Position numbers and translations under genes: made by a program. Below, one piece after another: positions 27,372 through 37,375 of a stretch of DNA of 64,000 nucleotides; within the stretch, counting starts at the first letter, position 1; each line of letters starts with the position of its first letter. The stretch comes from Bacteroidia bacterium (GTDB taxonomy: Bacteria > Bacteroidota > Bacteroidia > Bacteroidales > VadinHA17), in contig JBGOZX010000004.1 in the NCBI GenBank assembly GCA_041480425.1, positions 1,076-65,075 of the forward strand, written 5' to 3'. The notes under the pieces are model-generated. The model was not told where the DNA came from, searched no databases, and was given only the letters and a program-made list of their open reading frames with translations.

Positions 27372-28496
27372 ATGAGAGAGATACAGATGGTTGACCTGAA
27401 GGCTCAGTATGAAAAGATCGGGTCAGAAATTGAGAATGCAATAAAATCGGTCATTAACTCGACCACTTTTATTAAAGGTCCGGAGGTAAAACTATTTGAA
27501 GAAGAGTTGCAGAATTACCTGGGAGTCAGGCATGTTATTTCCTGTGCTAATGGCACCGATGCCTTGCAGATCGCTATGATGGCTCTTGGGTTGAAACCAG
27601 GGGATGAGGTTATTACAACAAACTTCACTTTTATTGCCACCGTGGAGGTGGTTTCGTTACTCGGATTAAAACCAGTAATCGTTGAACCCGACAAGGGTAG
27701 TTTCAATATCTCTGTCGAAGAAGTCAGAAAAGCCATTTCTTCTAAGACAAAAGCAATTGTACCTGTTCATCTTTTTGGCCAGTGCGCTGATATGGAGGGC
27801 ATTATGAGACTAGCTCAGAAACATGACCTTTTTGTTATTGAAGATGCTGCACAGGCCACAGGTACCGACTATTTTTTTTCTGACAATAACATAAAAAAAG
27901 CAGGAACAATTGGCAATATTGGTACTACATCCTTCTTCCCATCAAAGAATCTTGGCTGTTATGGTGATGGCGGAGCTCTCTATACCAATGATGAAACCCT
28001 GGCAGAAAAGCTCAGAAGTATTGCTAACCATGGTATGAAAGTAAGGTACCATTACGATGATATCGGGGTCAATTCAAGGCTTGATACTATACAGGCTGCA
28101 ATCCTACGGGTCAAATTGAAATACCTGGATCAATACAATGCTGCAAGAAGGGCCGTTGCGGATTTTTATGACAAAGCATTTTCCGGATGTAGCAAAATCA
28201 CTATCCCTGAAAGAGTAAGTTATTCCTCCCATATATTTCATCAGTATACCATCCGGGTGAAAAACGGAAAGAGGGATGAACTAAAAAAGTTTCTAAATGA
28301 TAAAAGAATACCTACTATGATCTATTATCCGGGTCCGCTGCATTTGCAGGAAGCTTACCGGTATCTCGGGTACATGGAAAGCGATTTCCCTGTTACTTCT
28401 GCTTTGTGTACAGACGTTCTTTCTTTGCCGATGCATCCGGAAATTGACCAGGATCAGCTTGATTATATTACTCTTAATGTCCTGAATTTTTTTTAA
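27372..28496 (+). CDS. wbpE: DegT/DnrJ/EryC1 aminotransferase, WbpE/PorR-like (UDP-2-acetamido-2-deoxy-3-oxo-glucuronate aminotransferase)
   Basis: It has QMVDLKAQYEKI, ANGTDALQIAMMALGLKPGDEVIT, PVHLFGQCADM and VIEDAAQATG. A PLP-Lys region lies in FFPSKNLG. The Wbp neighbours support the specific call. Confidence 0.8.
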   Translation: MREIQMVDLKAQYEKIGSEIENAIKSVINSTTFIKGPEVKLFEEELQNYLGVRHVISCANGTDALQIAMMALGLKPGDEVITTNFTFIATVEVVSLLGLKPVIVEPDKGSFNISVEEVRKAISSKTKAIVPVHLFGQCADMEGIMRLAQKHDLFVIEDAAQATGTDYFFSDNNIKKAGTIGNIGTTSFFPSKNLGCYGDGGALYTNDETLAEKLRSIANHGMKVRYHYDDIGVNSRLDTIQAAILRVKLKYLDQYNAARRAVADFYDKAFSGCSKITIPERVSYSSHIFHQYTIRVKNGKRDELKKFLNDKRIPTMIYYPGPLHLQEAYRYLGYMESDFPVTSALCTDVLSLPMHPEIDQDQLDYITLNVLNFF

Positions 28497-28511
28497 AAAT
28501 AAGCATTCATT

Positions 28512-29093
28512 ATGGAGAAGGAATACTTTGCTCACGAAACGGCGGTTGTAGATGAAGGGTGTAAGATAGGAAAGGGGACAAAAATCTGGCTTTTCAGCCA
28601 TATTATGGCAGGTTCGGAAATAGGCGAAAACTGCAATATTGGTCAGAATGTTGTAATTTCTCCGGGCGTGAAGCTCGGGAAAAATGTAAAAGTCCAGAAT
28701 AACGTCTCAATTTATACAGGTGTTATTTGTGAAGACGATGTATTTCTTGGTCCCTCAATGGTCTTTACCAATATAATCAATCCAAGGAGTGCCATTAATC
28801 GTAAGAACAGCTATGTCTCCACTATTGTTGAAAGTGGGGCATCGATCGGAGCCAACTCAACAATCCTTTGTGGGAATAAGATTGGCAGCTACGCATTTAT
28901 TGGAGCCGGAGCTGTAGTAACAAAAGATGTAAAGCCTTATGCTCTTGTTGTAGGTAATCCTGCCAGGCAAACAGGATGGATGAGTGAATTCGGACATAAA
29001 CTTAAATTTGATGAAACAGGAGTTGCCAGTTGTCCGGAAAGCGGAGAGAAATACAGGCTTGAAGGTGGCAGTGTATCAAAAATAATTTATTAG
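28512..29093 (+). CDS. wbpD: hexapeptide-repeat N-acetyltransferase, WbpD-like
   Basis: 193 aa with IWLFSHIMAGSEIGENCNIGQNVV, VQNNVSIYTGV, GPSMVFTNIINPRS, GANSTILCG, and NPARQTGWMSEFG. Confidence 0.8.
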   Translation: MEKEYFAHETAVVDEGCKIGKGTKIWLFSHIMAGSEIGENCNIGQNVVISPGVKLGKNVKVQNNVSIYTGVICEDDVFLGPSMVFTNIINPRSAINRKNSYVSTIVESGASIGANSTILCGNKIGSYAFIGAGAVVTKDVKPYALVVGNPARQTGWMSEFGHKLKFDETGVASCPESGEKYRLEGGSVSKIIY

Positions 29094-29116
29094 TTTTATG
29101 CCTCTTAATTAAATCG

Positions 29117-30070
29117 ATGATGGATGTGACTCCTAAAAATTTTGGTCTGATCGGGGTGGCAGGATATATTGCCATACGTCATCTAAAAGCAATAAAAGAT
29201 ACCGGGAATAATCTTCTTGCAAGCCTTGACAGATTTGACAGCGTTGGACTCCTTGACGGATTTTTTCCGAAAAGTGATTTCTTTGTTGAGTTTGAAAGGT
29301 TCGACAGACACTTTGACAAACTGAAAAGGACAGGAACTAAAATTGATTATGTAAGTATCTGTTCTCCAAATTATTTGCACGATTCTCATATAAGGTTTGC
29401 TTTGCGTCACCAGGCAGAGGCTATATGTGAAAAACCAATTGTTCTTAATCCCTGGAACGTTGACGCCCTTCAGGAAATTGAGAATGAAACAGGACATAAA
29501 ATATATACAATACTGCAATTACGTCTCCATCCCAAAATAATTGAACTGAAAGAGAAGATAAAAAATGGTCCGAAGGGTAAGGTCTATGATATTGATCTGA
29601 CATATATAACAAGCCGTGGAAACTGGTATTATTTTTCATGGAAAGGAGATATCCAGAAATCCGGAGGAGTTGCAACCAATATTGGTATACACTTCTTTGA
29701 TATGCTTAGCTGGATTTTTGGAGATTCGAGGAAAAACGTAGTTCATGTTTCTGAACCAAATAAGGCTGCAGGATATCTGGAGCTTGAAAATGCCAGGGTC
29801 AGATGGTTTCTGAGCCTCGATAATAATGACCTGCCCACATCAGTCAGGGAAGCAGGACAAAGAACATTCAGGTCAATTACAATTGAAGGTGAGAAAATAG
29901 AATTCAGTGAAGGATTCACGGACCTTCATACCTTAACCTATGGGGAAATAATTGCAGGAAGAGGTTTCGGACTAAAAGATGCCCGTCAATCAGTGATAAC
30001 TGCTTATACAATAAGAAATTCGAAGCCAGTTGGACTTCTGGGAGACTATCATCCATTTTTAAAAAAATAA
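29117..30070 (+). CDS. wbpB: Gfo/Idh/MocA oxidoreductase, WbpB-like (UDP-GlcNAcA 3-dehydrogenase)
   Basis: It has NFGLIGVAGYIAIRHLKAIKDTGNNLLASLDRFDSVG, DYVSICSPNYLHDSHI, ICEKP and LQLRLHP, which match my memory of WbpB-type enzymes. Confidence 0.75.
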   Translation: MMDVTPKNFGLIGVAGYIAIRHLKAIKDTGNNLLASLDRFDSVGLLDGFFPKSDFFVEFERFDRHFDKLKRTGTKIDYVSICSPNYLHDSHIRFALRHQAEAICEKPIVLNPWNVDALQEIENETGHKIYTILQLRLHPKIIELKEKIKNGPKGKVYDIDLTYITSRGNWYYFSWKGDIQKSGGVATNIGIHFFDMLSWIFGDSRKNVVHVSEPNKAAGYLELENARVRWFLSLDNNDLPTSVREAGQRTFRSITIEGEKIEFSEGFTDLHTLTYGEIIAGRGFGLKDARQSVITAYTIRNSKPVGLLGDYHPFLKK

Positions 30071-30076
30071 CAAAAA

Positions 30077-31366
30077 ATGTATAATAAACTGATTGACAAG
30101 GAAACAAAGCTCTCCGTCATAGGCCTCGGATATGTAGGCCTTCCTATTGCCCTTGAATTTGCAAAAAAAATCAAGGTTGTAGGTTTTGACATTAAACCTG
30201 AAAGAGTTGAGCTAATGAAAAAAGGGATTGATCCCAGCAATGAACTTAGTTCTGAAGCTTTTATGAATACTGACATTTTACTTACAAGCAATCCGAAGGA
30301 CCTGAAGGAAGCATCTTTTCATATAATTGCAGTGCCAACTCCCACAAACAGCTATAATCTTCCTGATCTTACACCTGTACTGAGGGCTTCAGAAACTGTA
30401 GGTAAAGTATTGAAAAAGGGTGATTATGTGGTTTATGAATCAACAGTATATCCCGGATGTACTGAAGAAGATTGCGTACCTGTTCTGGAAAGATTCTCAA
30501 AATTAAAATTTTGTAAGGACTTTAAGGTTGGTTTCTCCCCTGAAAGAATAAATCCTGGCGATCAATATCATACTCTTACAAAAATCATAAAAGTGACAAG
30601 CGGATGCGATGCTGAATCAGCTGAAAACATTGCAAAAACTTACGAACTTATAATACAGGCAGGTGTTTTCCGGGCAAGTTCCATAAAAGTTGCCGAGTCT
30701 GCCAAGATTATTGAAAATACTCAACGCGATATTAATATCGCCTTTATGAATGAGCTTTCGATTATTTTTAACCGTCTGGGCGTTAATACATTCGAGGTTC
30801 TTGAAGCTGCCGGAACAAAATGGAACTTCCTGAAATTCTATCCCGGACTTGTTGGTGGACATTGTATTGGTGTGGATCCTTACTATCTTTCTTTCAAAGC
30901 AAAAGCACTTGGGTATCACCCCCAGATGATTGATTCAGGCCGGTTTACAAACGACAGCATGGGTAGATATATCGGAAAACAAACCGTTAAGAAAATTATT
31001 GCAGCAGGAAAAAATCCAAATAAAGCCAGGGCACTGATTATGGGTATAACGTTTAAAGAAGATGTTACCGACATACGAAACTCAAAGGTTGTTGATGTAA
31101 TCAAGGAACTGGTCGACTTTGGTATAGTTGTGGATGTAATCGATCCCGGGGCCAGTGCTCATGAGGTAAAAGAAGAATATGGATTGGAAATTAAGAAAAA
31201 GCCTGATGGGAAATACGATGCTGTTATCCTGGCTGTGAGCCACAAAGAATATGCTAATCTGAATGAAAGCTATTTTACTACTCTTCTCGCCAAAGAGGGT
31301 ATTGTGGTTGATGTCAAAGGTGTACTTCGTGGAAAAATTATAAATCATACTTACTGGAGCCTGTAA
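30077..31366 (+). CDS. wbpA: nucleotide-sugar 6-dehydrogenase, WbpA/TviB-like (UDP-GlcNAc 6-dehydrogenase)
   Basis: 429 aa with LSVIGLGYVGLPIALEFAKK, FSPERINPGD and the catalytic-Cys block GLVGGHCIGVDPYYL. Confidence 0.8.
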   Translation: MYNKLIDKETKLSVIGLGYVGLPIALEFAKKIKVVGFDIKPERVELMKKGIDPSNELSSEAFMNTDILLTSNPKDLKEASFHIIAVPTPTNSYNLPDLTPVLRASETVGKVLKKGDYVVYESTVYPGCTEEDCVPVLERFSKLKFCKDFKVGFSPERINPGDQYHTLTKIIKVTSGCDAESAENIAKTYELIIQAGVFRASSIKVAESAKIIENTQRDINIAFMNELSIIFNRLGVNTFEVLEAAGTKWNFLKFYPGLVGGHCIGVDPYYLSFKAKALGYHPQMIDSGRFTNDSMGRYIGKQTVKKIIAAGKNPNKARALIMGITFKEDVTDIRNSKVVDVIKELVDFGIVVDVIDPGASAHEVKEEYGLEIKKKPDGKYDAVILAVSHKEYANLNESYFTTLLAKEGIVVDVKGVLRGKIINHTYWSL

Positions 31367-32392
31367 ATGAGAAAGAAAATACTGGTAACCGGCGGAACAG
31401 GATATATCGGTTCCCATACATCAGTTGAGCTTATTAAAGAGGGATTCGACGTGGTAATAATTGATAATCTGTACAACTCTGAAGCTGAGGTTGTTGACCG
31501 GATAGGACAGATAACGGGAATAGAACCGGAACTCGAGATTTTTGATATCTGTAATCAGGAAAAACTAAATGGCTTCTTCAAAAAACATGAGGATATTGCT
31601 GCTATCATCCACTTTGCTGCATATAAGGCAGTTGGTGAGTCAGTCAATAAACCGCTGGAGTACTATCGTAATAATCTCTTATCATTAATCAATCTGCTGG
31701 ATGCCATGAAACAGTATGGTGTCCCAAGTCTTGTTTTCTCATCATCATGCACTGTTTACGGACAACCCGAAAAATTACCGGTTTCTGAAGATGCACCTCT
31801 GCAGCCGGCAATTTCTCCCTATGGCAATACTAAACAGATTGGTGAAGAGATTATCAGGGATTCTGCAGCTTCGGATAAAAATATTAAAGCAATTTCCCTG
31901 AGGTATTTTAATCCTATCGGGGCTCATCCTTCGGCTCTGATTGGTGAACTTCCAAGGGGTGTGCCGGAAAATCTTGTCCCTTATATTACACAAACGGCAT
32001 ATGGACTAAGGAAAGAACTTAAAGTATTCGGAGATGATTATGACACCCCAGATGGTTCATGTATCAGGGATTACCTGCATGTTGTTGACCTGGCAAAAGC
32101 CCATGTAACTGCTGTCAAAAGACTTATTGATGAAAAAAACAAAACAAATTACGAGATTTTTAATCTTGGAACCGGGAAGGGAGTATCAGTTCTTGAGGCA
32201 ATTAAATCGTTTGAACTGGTTACCGGGATAAGACTGAAATACAAAATTACCGGAAGGAGAGCCGGAGATATTGAAAAGATTTGGGCTGATCCTTCCTTAG
32301 CAAATAAAGAACTCGGATGGAAAACCATGAGCACTCTTGATGAGGCAATGAAAACGGCATGGGAATGGGAAAAAAAAATCAGAAATAAATAA
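31367..32392 (+). CDS. galE: UDP-glucose 4-epimerase
   Basis: It has VTGGTGYIGSH, SSSCTVYG, YxxxK in SPYGNTKQ, and DGSCIRDYLHVVDLA. Confidence 0.9.
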   Translation: MRKKILVTGGTGYIGSHTSVELIKEGFDVVIIDNLYNSEAEVVDRIGQITGIEPELEIFDICNQEKLNGFFKKHEDIAAIIHFAAYKAVGESVNKPLEYYRNNLLSLINLLDAMKQYGVPSLVFSSSCTVYGQPEKLPVSEDAPLQPAISPYGNTKQIGEEIIRDSAASDKNIKAISLRYFNPIGAHPSALIGELPRGVPENLVPYITQTAYGLRKELKVFGDDYDTPDGSCIRDYLHVVDLAKAHVTAVKRLIDEKNKTNYEIFNLGTGKGVSVLEAIKSFELVTGIRLKYKITGRRAGDIEKIWADPSLANKELGWKTMSTLDEAMKTAWEWEKKIRNK

Positions 32393-32394
32393 GT

Positions 32395-33456
32395 ATGAAG
32401 GGGATTAAAGTAATTCTTATAACCGGTGGTGCCGGATTTATTGGGTCACATGTTGTCAGAAAATTTGTAAATAGCTATCCTGAATACAGGATTATTAATG
32501 CCGATAAGCTTACCTATGCAGGTAACCTCGAGAACCTGACAGATGTTGAGACAAAAAAGAATTACTCTTTTGAGAAGATTGACATAGTTGATAAACAGTC
32601 TGTAATGAATTTATTCAGCAAGTATGGTTTTGACGGAATAATTCACCTTGCAGCTGAATCACATGTCGACAGGTCAATAACAGGTCCTGATGAATTTGTT
32701 TATACAAATATTATCGGAACTGTAAATCTACTTAATGCAGCCCTGAACTGCTGGAAAAATGCAACTGAAGGAAAATTATTTTACCATATTTCGACCGATG
32801 AAGTTTTTGGGTCACTCGGTAATGAAGGATTTTTTACAGAGAAAACTGCCTATGATCCTAAAAGCCCCTATTCCGCATCCAAAGCAAGTTCCGACCACAT
32901 GGTCAGGGCCTATGGGCACACTTTCGGGATTCCTGTTGTAATTTCCAACTGTTCAAATAACTACGGGCCTAACCAGTTCCCTGAAAAGCTAATCCCGCTG
33001 GCAATAAATAATATTAAAAACAATAATCCGATACCTGTTTACGGAAAAGGTGAAAATATCCGCGACTGGCTTTATGTTGAAGATCATGCATCGGCTATTG
33101 ATCTTATCTTTCATCATGGGAATGTTGGAGAAACATATAATATCGGAGGAAATAACGAGTGGAAAAATATTGACCTTATAGAGCTGCTATGCAAAATAAT
33201 GGACAGGAAACTTGGCCGGACTGAAGGTACTTCAGTAAAGTTGATAACATATGTTAAAGACCGGCCCGGGCATGATCTGAGGTACGCTATAGATTCCTCA
33301 AAATTGCAACGTGAACTTGGATGGTCTCCTATTCCTGAATTTGCTGTTGGATTGGAAAAAACGGTTGACTGGTATCTTTTAAACAGCAAATGGCTTGAGA
33401 GGATTATTTCGGGTGATTATAAGAACTATTACGATTTTCAGTATTCAGGGAGATAG
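32395..33456 (+). CDS. rfbB: dTDP-glucose 4,6-dehydratase
   Basis: It has ITGGAGFIGSH, HISTDEVFG, SPYSASKASSD and GENIRDWLYVEDH. Confidence 0.9.
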   Translation: MKGIKVILITGGAGFIGSHVVRKFVNSYPEYRIINADKLTYAGNLENLTDVETKKNYSFEKIDIVDKQSVMNLFSKYGFDGIIHLAAESHVDRSITGPDEFVYTNIIGTVNLLNAALNCWKNATEGKLFYHISTDEVFGSLGNEGFFTEKTAYDPKSPYSASKASSDHMVRAYGHTFGIPVVISNCSNNYGPNQFPEKLIPLAINNIKNNNPIPVYGKGENIRDWLYVEDHASAIDLIFHHGNVGETYNIGGNNEWKNIDLIELLCKIMDRKLGRTEGTSVKLITYVKDRPGHDLRYAIDSSKLQRELGWSPIPEFAVGLEKTVDWYLLNSKWLERIISGDYKNYYDFQYSGR

Positions 33457-33462
33457 AACTGA

Positions 33463-35463
33463 TTAATGAATTATCTTAATCATTCGTTCTATAAGTTCGT
33501 TGCCAAGTGCAGTTTTTTGTTTAATATGCTCCTTTATTGCGGCCACTACACTGTTTGATTCAAAATCCCCTCTGACCTGTTCAAAATCGAGCTTTTTAAT
33601 TTCATCCCCCCCGTCAATTCCGAAGCCGGTCATCGATGAAAGGGTAAATTCTTTCCTGGCATCTTCGTACAGCATTTTGTCAAGATCAACAACACTCTTT
33701 TTCCATCTTTCAACCATTCTGATAACATCAGATGCTGTGAATTCATTAACAGATTTACCTTCTTCTTCTTCAATCCTTTCCCACGACCATGTCCATTCCC
33801 AGTCGTAGTATGATTTATGCATATACCTGAAAGTCTCTGCCACACCCTCAATTGAACTTATCTTATCCGATTCGATGTCATCAAGAAAATGATCAACAGT
33901 CTGCTTCGGGGCAATCAATCCTGCCAGATCGACCCACTCCCCTGTGCCCAATGGCTGGTCAGGAACAAGTCTCTTTTGTAATTCATTGTTTGTTTTGAAA
34001 CTTGTTTTTTCAAGTCGCTTTATTAAAGAGTTGCCGAGGAATTTGTCAATCCCTGTCTGGTAAAGGTCGATCCCTCTTTCAAGGGAAGCACCTTTAATCA
34101 TCATATTATTAAATGTATACGAAGCTGATATTGTTCCTGATACCGATTTTAGTCTGCGAAGAAGGTCTCTGCCTTCAAACATTTTACGGATAGTATAAGG
34201 GCTGAGGAGATTAAAGTTTACCTGGTCGATTTTAACAGGATCTTTCCTTCTGTCGCGGACCGGCCATTTTTGCGCATCTCTTATTGTACCTACACTTCTC
34301 AGATTAATTCCCGGGACAAGAATACTTTCGTCGTTACTTTCAATCAGATATGAAAAAGGAAGTGATGAGGTATCTATATTTTTGTAATGCCGGCCCATTA
34401 CCAGTGTGTATGGTCCTATGCGTGCAGGCCACAAAAGATATGAATCGCTGGTCGTTTTGGAACCTCTTTCCATAATTCCCTGATGAATCGGGCCAAGTTT
34501 GTACATATGGTTACTCTGGTTCGATCCACTACCGGCATTCATAAATGAAAAGATACCGGCTATAAGGAGTGTTGACTTATGATGGGTTACAGTATAGGGT
34601 CCAGCAAATATTGAACATGCTTCCCCGTGATATCCTCCACAATTTGCAAAAAACAGGGAATTTTCTGCTGAATAGTGTTTCCCAAGAACACAACCCTGGC
34701 CAATAAAACATTTATCAATAAGTGTTGATTCCGTTACAATTGAACCTGAACAGACAATGAAATGTTCCATAATAACGCCCGGACCAATAAATACCGGATC
34801 CTCTTCACAACTGTTAACTGAACCTTCATTCAGACTTATGGCTCCCTCAATATGGCTGAACTGTCCAAATCTGACATTCCGTAGATTACGGCAGTTGAAA
34901 ATGAGTGAACTATTACCGATAGTTCCGGACCCGGAACTTATGGCTTTAGAATAATCAGTGACCATCTGCTCAATTTTCCTGATGGCTTTGATGCGATGTC
35001 TGTAAAGAGCTATTATATATGCCTGATGGGCAGAAAGCTGATCCCAAATCTTAACCGATCGTCTTCCGGTTTCGTTAAGTACAGCCACTTCCGTTCCATT
35101 TCCGAAGGATGAGATACCTTCGGTATGAATTTTTCCGCAGTTTTTTATAATAACATCATCCTCAATCTGATAATTTGCAATGTAATCACTTATATTCTTA
35201 ATCAGAACATTTGAGCCGATGGTGCAGTTATGAATATGAGCATTTGAGATACCACTCATGAGGCTGACACCCGATTCATCAGTGAAAGATTTGCTGAAAA
35301 TTCCAAGTTTAATGTCTCCTGAAAAAGTAACATTCAGGCATCGCGACGGATCAAACCCCTCTTTAACCTGAACTCTTTTCCAGTCATCACAACTGCAACC
35401 GTTTGATATCAAAGTTTTTATTTCGGTATCGGTGACTTTTCTGTAATTTTCTGCAGGGTTCAT
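33463..35463 (-). CDS. conserved protein of unknown function with central hexapeptide-like (left-handed beta-helix) repeats; DUF4954-like
   Basis: 666 aa, starting 21 nt after the glmS stop on the same strand. The N-terminus reads YRKVTDTEIKTLISNGCSCDDWKRVQV. Repeats include IGSNVLIKNISDYIANYQIEDDVIIKNCGKI and FIGPGVIMEHFIVCSGSIVTESTLIDKCFIGQGCVLG. The family name is from memory. Confidence 0.65.
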   Translation of the reverse strand: MNPAENYRKVTDTEIKTLISNGCSCDDWKRVQVKEGFDPSRCLNVTFSGDIKLGIFSKSFTDESGVSLMSGISNAHIHNCTIGSNVLIKNISDYIANYQIEDDVIIKNCGKIHTEGISSFGNGTEVAVLNETGRRSVKIWDQLSAHQAYIIALYRHRIKAIRKIEQMVTDYSKAISSGSGTIGNSSLIFNCRNLRNVRFGQFSHIEGAISLNEGSVNSCEEDPVFIGPGVIMEHFIVCSGSIVTESTLIDKCFIGQGCVLGKHYSAENSLFFANCGGYHGEACSIFAGPYTVTHHKSTLLIAGIFSFMNAGSGSNQSNHMYKLGPIHQGIMERGSKTTSDSYLLWPARIGPYTLVMGRHYKNIDTSSLPFSYLIESNDESILVPGINLRSVGTIRDAQKWPVRDRRKDPVKIDQVNFNLLSPYTIRKMFEGRDLLRRLKSVSGTISASYTFNNMMIKGASLERGIDLYQTGIDKFLGNSLIKRLEKTSFKTNNELQKRLVPDQPLGTGEWVDLAGLIAPKQTVDHFLDDIESDKISSIEGVAETFRYMHKSYYDWEWTWSWERIEEEEGKSVNEFTASDVIRMVERWKKSVVDLDKMLYEDARKEFTLSSMTGFGIDGGDEIKKLDFEQVRGDFESNSVVAAIKEHIKQKTALGNELIERMIKIIH

Positions 35464-35484
35464 TACGGAAAGGCTTTAAGTTAT

Positions 35485-37320
35485 TTATTCGACAGTTACA
35501 GATTTTGCAAGGTTTCTGGGCTGGTCAACATTACAACCTCTCAAGACGGCTATATGATACGATAAAAGCTGAAGCGGGATAACTGCAAGAAGGCCAGAGA
35601 ATACGGGAAGTGTTTCAGGAACCTCAAGAACAAAATCAGCCATTTTTCTTATTATTTCGTCTCCTTCTGTGACAATAGCTATGACATTACCCTTCCTTGC
35701 CTTGATCTCCTGAATATTACTGATTATCTTTTCATAAGTGTCGTCTTTTGGAGCCACAACCACAACAGGCATATTCTCATCAATCAGTGCAATAGGGCCA
35801 TGTTTCATCTCGGCTGCAGGGTAACCCTCGGCGTGGATATATGAAATCTCCTTTAGTTTCAATGCCCCTTCGAGTGCCACAGGAAACAGATAACCTCTTC
35901 CAAGATAAAGCGCATTCATAGAATGCTGGTATTTTTTAGCAAGTTCGAGTGCCTGGTCGTTGACCTTAAGTGCCTTTTCGATTTTTCCGGGTATCGACAC
36001 CAGTTCGGTAATAAGCTCTTTATAGGCTTCAGGAGAGATAACCCCCTTTAGATATCCTATCTCAAAAGCCATCATTGCCAGTACTGTAACCTGTGTTGTG
36101 AATGCCTTGGTCGATGCAACACCTATCTCGGGTCCGGCATGAGTATAAACTCCGGCATCCGTTTCACGGGGAATGCTTGAACCTACAACATTACAGATTC
36201 CAAGAACCTTTGCCCCTTTTTCCCTTGCGAGTTTTACAGCTGCCAGGGTATCTGCTGTTTCACCGCTCTGGCTTATTGCGATTACGATATCCCCTTTCTT
36301 TATTATCGGATCCCTGTAGCGGAATTCTGAAGCATATTCAACTTCAACAGGTATCCTGGTGTACTCTTCAAATATGTATTCTCCAAGTAAACCTGCGTGC
36401 CACGAAGTACCGCAAGCGATAATAATAATTCTCTCCGACTGGGAAATAGTTTCCATGACATTATGAAGACCCCCAAGCATTATTCCTGACAAATCAGGCA
36501 ACACCCTTCCTCTGAATGTGTCGTGAATAGCCCGTGGTTGTTCAAATATCTCCTTAAGCATAAAGTGAGGAAACCCTTCCTTATCAATCTCCCCGATCTT
36601 AAGGTCAAGTTCTTTAACTTCAGGTTCTATCTTTTCGGTTCTGATGGTCTTCAGAATAAGCTCATCCTTCTTTATAATAGCAATATCGTCATCATTCAGA
36701 TAAATTACCCGCTGCGTATATTCAACAATGGGAGTTGCGTCGGATGCAATGAAGTTTTCTCCTTCACCAACTCCGATAACCAGAGGACTCCCTTTTTTGG
36801 CAGCAAAGAGTTTATCTGTCTCCTGAGTACATATAATGACAAGACCATAGGCTCCTTCAACTCTGTTAAGAGCGAGTGTAATAGCTTGTTCTGCAGTAAG
36901 ATCACCTTCCAGATAGAGATGTTCAATCAGGTTAGCAAGAACTTCGGTATCGGTCTGACTGGTAAATTGTATTCCTCTGCTCTCCAGGTGCCGTTTGAGA
37001 CGGGCATAATTCTCAATTATCCCGTTGTGAACAACAACAAAATTACCTTTATAAGATACCTGCGGATGGGCGTTAAGTTCATTTGGTTCGCCATGGGTTG
37101 CCCATCTTGTATGACCCATTCCTGTAGTACCATTAAAATTCGACTTATTGACCATCTCTTCAAGATCCTTAACCCTTCCTTTGCATTTAAAGATCTTTGT
37201 TTCGCCATTGACAAGGGCCATACCTGCAGAATCATATCCACGGTACTCAAGACGTTTAAGACCATTAATGATAATTTCACGGGCAGGTTTAGAGCCGATA
37301 TAGCCTACAATTCCGCACAT
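35485..37320 (-). CDS. glmS: glutamine--fructose-6-phosphate aminotransferase
   Basis: 611 aa with the MCGIVGYIG Cys nucleophile, two SIS domains and the C-terminal PRNLAKSVTVE. Confidence 0.95.
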   Translation of the reverse strand: MCGIVGYIGSKPAREIIINGLKRLEYRGYDSAGMALVNGETKIFKCKGRVKDLEEMVNKSNFNGTTGMGHTRWATHGEPNELNAHPQVSYKGNFVVVHNGIIENYARLKRHLESRGIQFTSQTDTEVLANLIEHLYLEGDLTAEQAITLALNRVEGAYGLVIICTQETDKLFAAKKGSPLVIGVGEGENFIASDATPIVEYTQRVIYLNDDDIAIIKKDELILKTIRTEKIEPEVKELDLKIGEIDKEGFPHFMLKEIFEQPRAIHDTFRGRVLPDLSGIMLGGLHNVMETISQSERIIIIACGTSWHAGLLGEYIFEEYTRIPVEVEYASEFRYRDPIIKKGDIVIAISQSGETADTLAAVKLAREKGAKVLGICNVVGSSIPRETDAGVYTHAGPEIGVASTKAFTTQVTVLAMMAFEIGYLKGVISPEAYKELITELVSIPGKIEKALKVNDQALELAKKYQHSMNALYLGRGYLFPVALEGALKLKEISYIHAEGYPAAEMKHGPIALIDENMPVVVVAPKDDTYEKIISNIQEIKARKGNVIAIVTEGDEIIRKMADFVLEVPETLPVFSGLLAVIPLQLLSYHIAVLRGCNVDQPRNLAKSVTVE

Positions 37321-37375
37321 ATTAGAATATTATTAGAAAATCGCGAACGAATGTAACCAATTTGGTTCACAAAAA

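Noticed and set aside
36523-37356. 277-aa plus-strand ORF, the longest unassigned ORF in the track
   Set aside because: It lies entirely antisense to glmS, whose identity is unambiguous. The translation is low-complexity (Phe/Leu/Ile/Asn/Ser/Lys-rich) with no motif. This is a typical shadow ORF of an AT-rich coding region. The same reasoning applies to the other 60-140-aa antisense ORFs, such as 4280..4702, 25236..25604 and 57470..57859.
37321-37375. Possible glmS ribozyme upstream of glmS
   Set aside because: The spacer is only 55 nt and AT-rich, far shorter than the ribozyme. Only a 5-bp AACCA/TGGTT hairpin is present.
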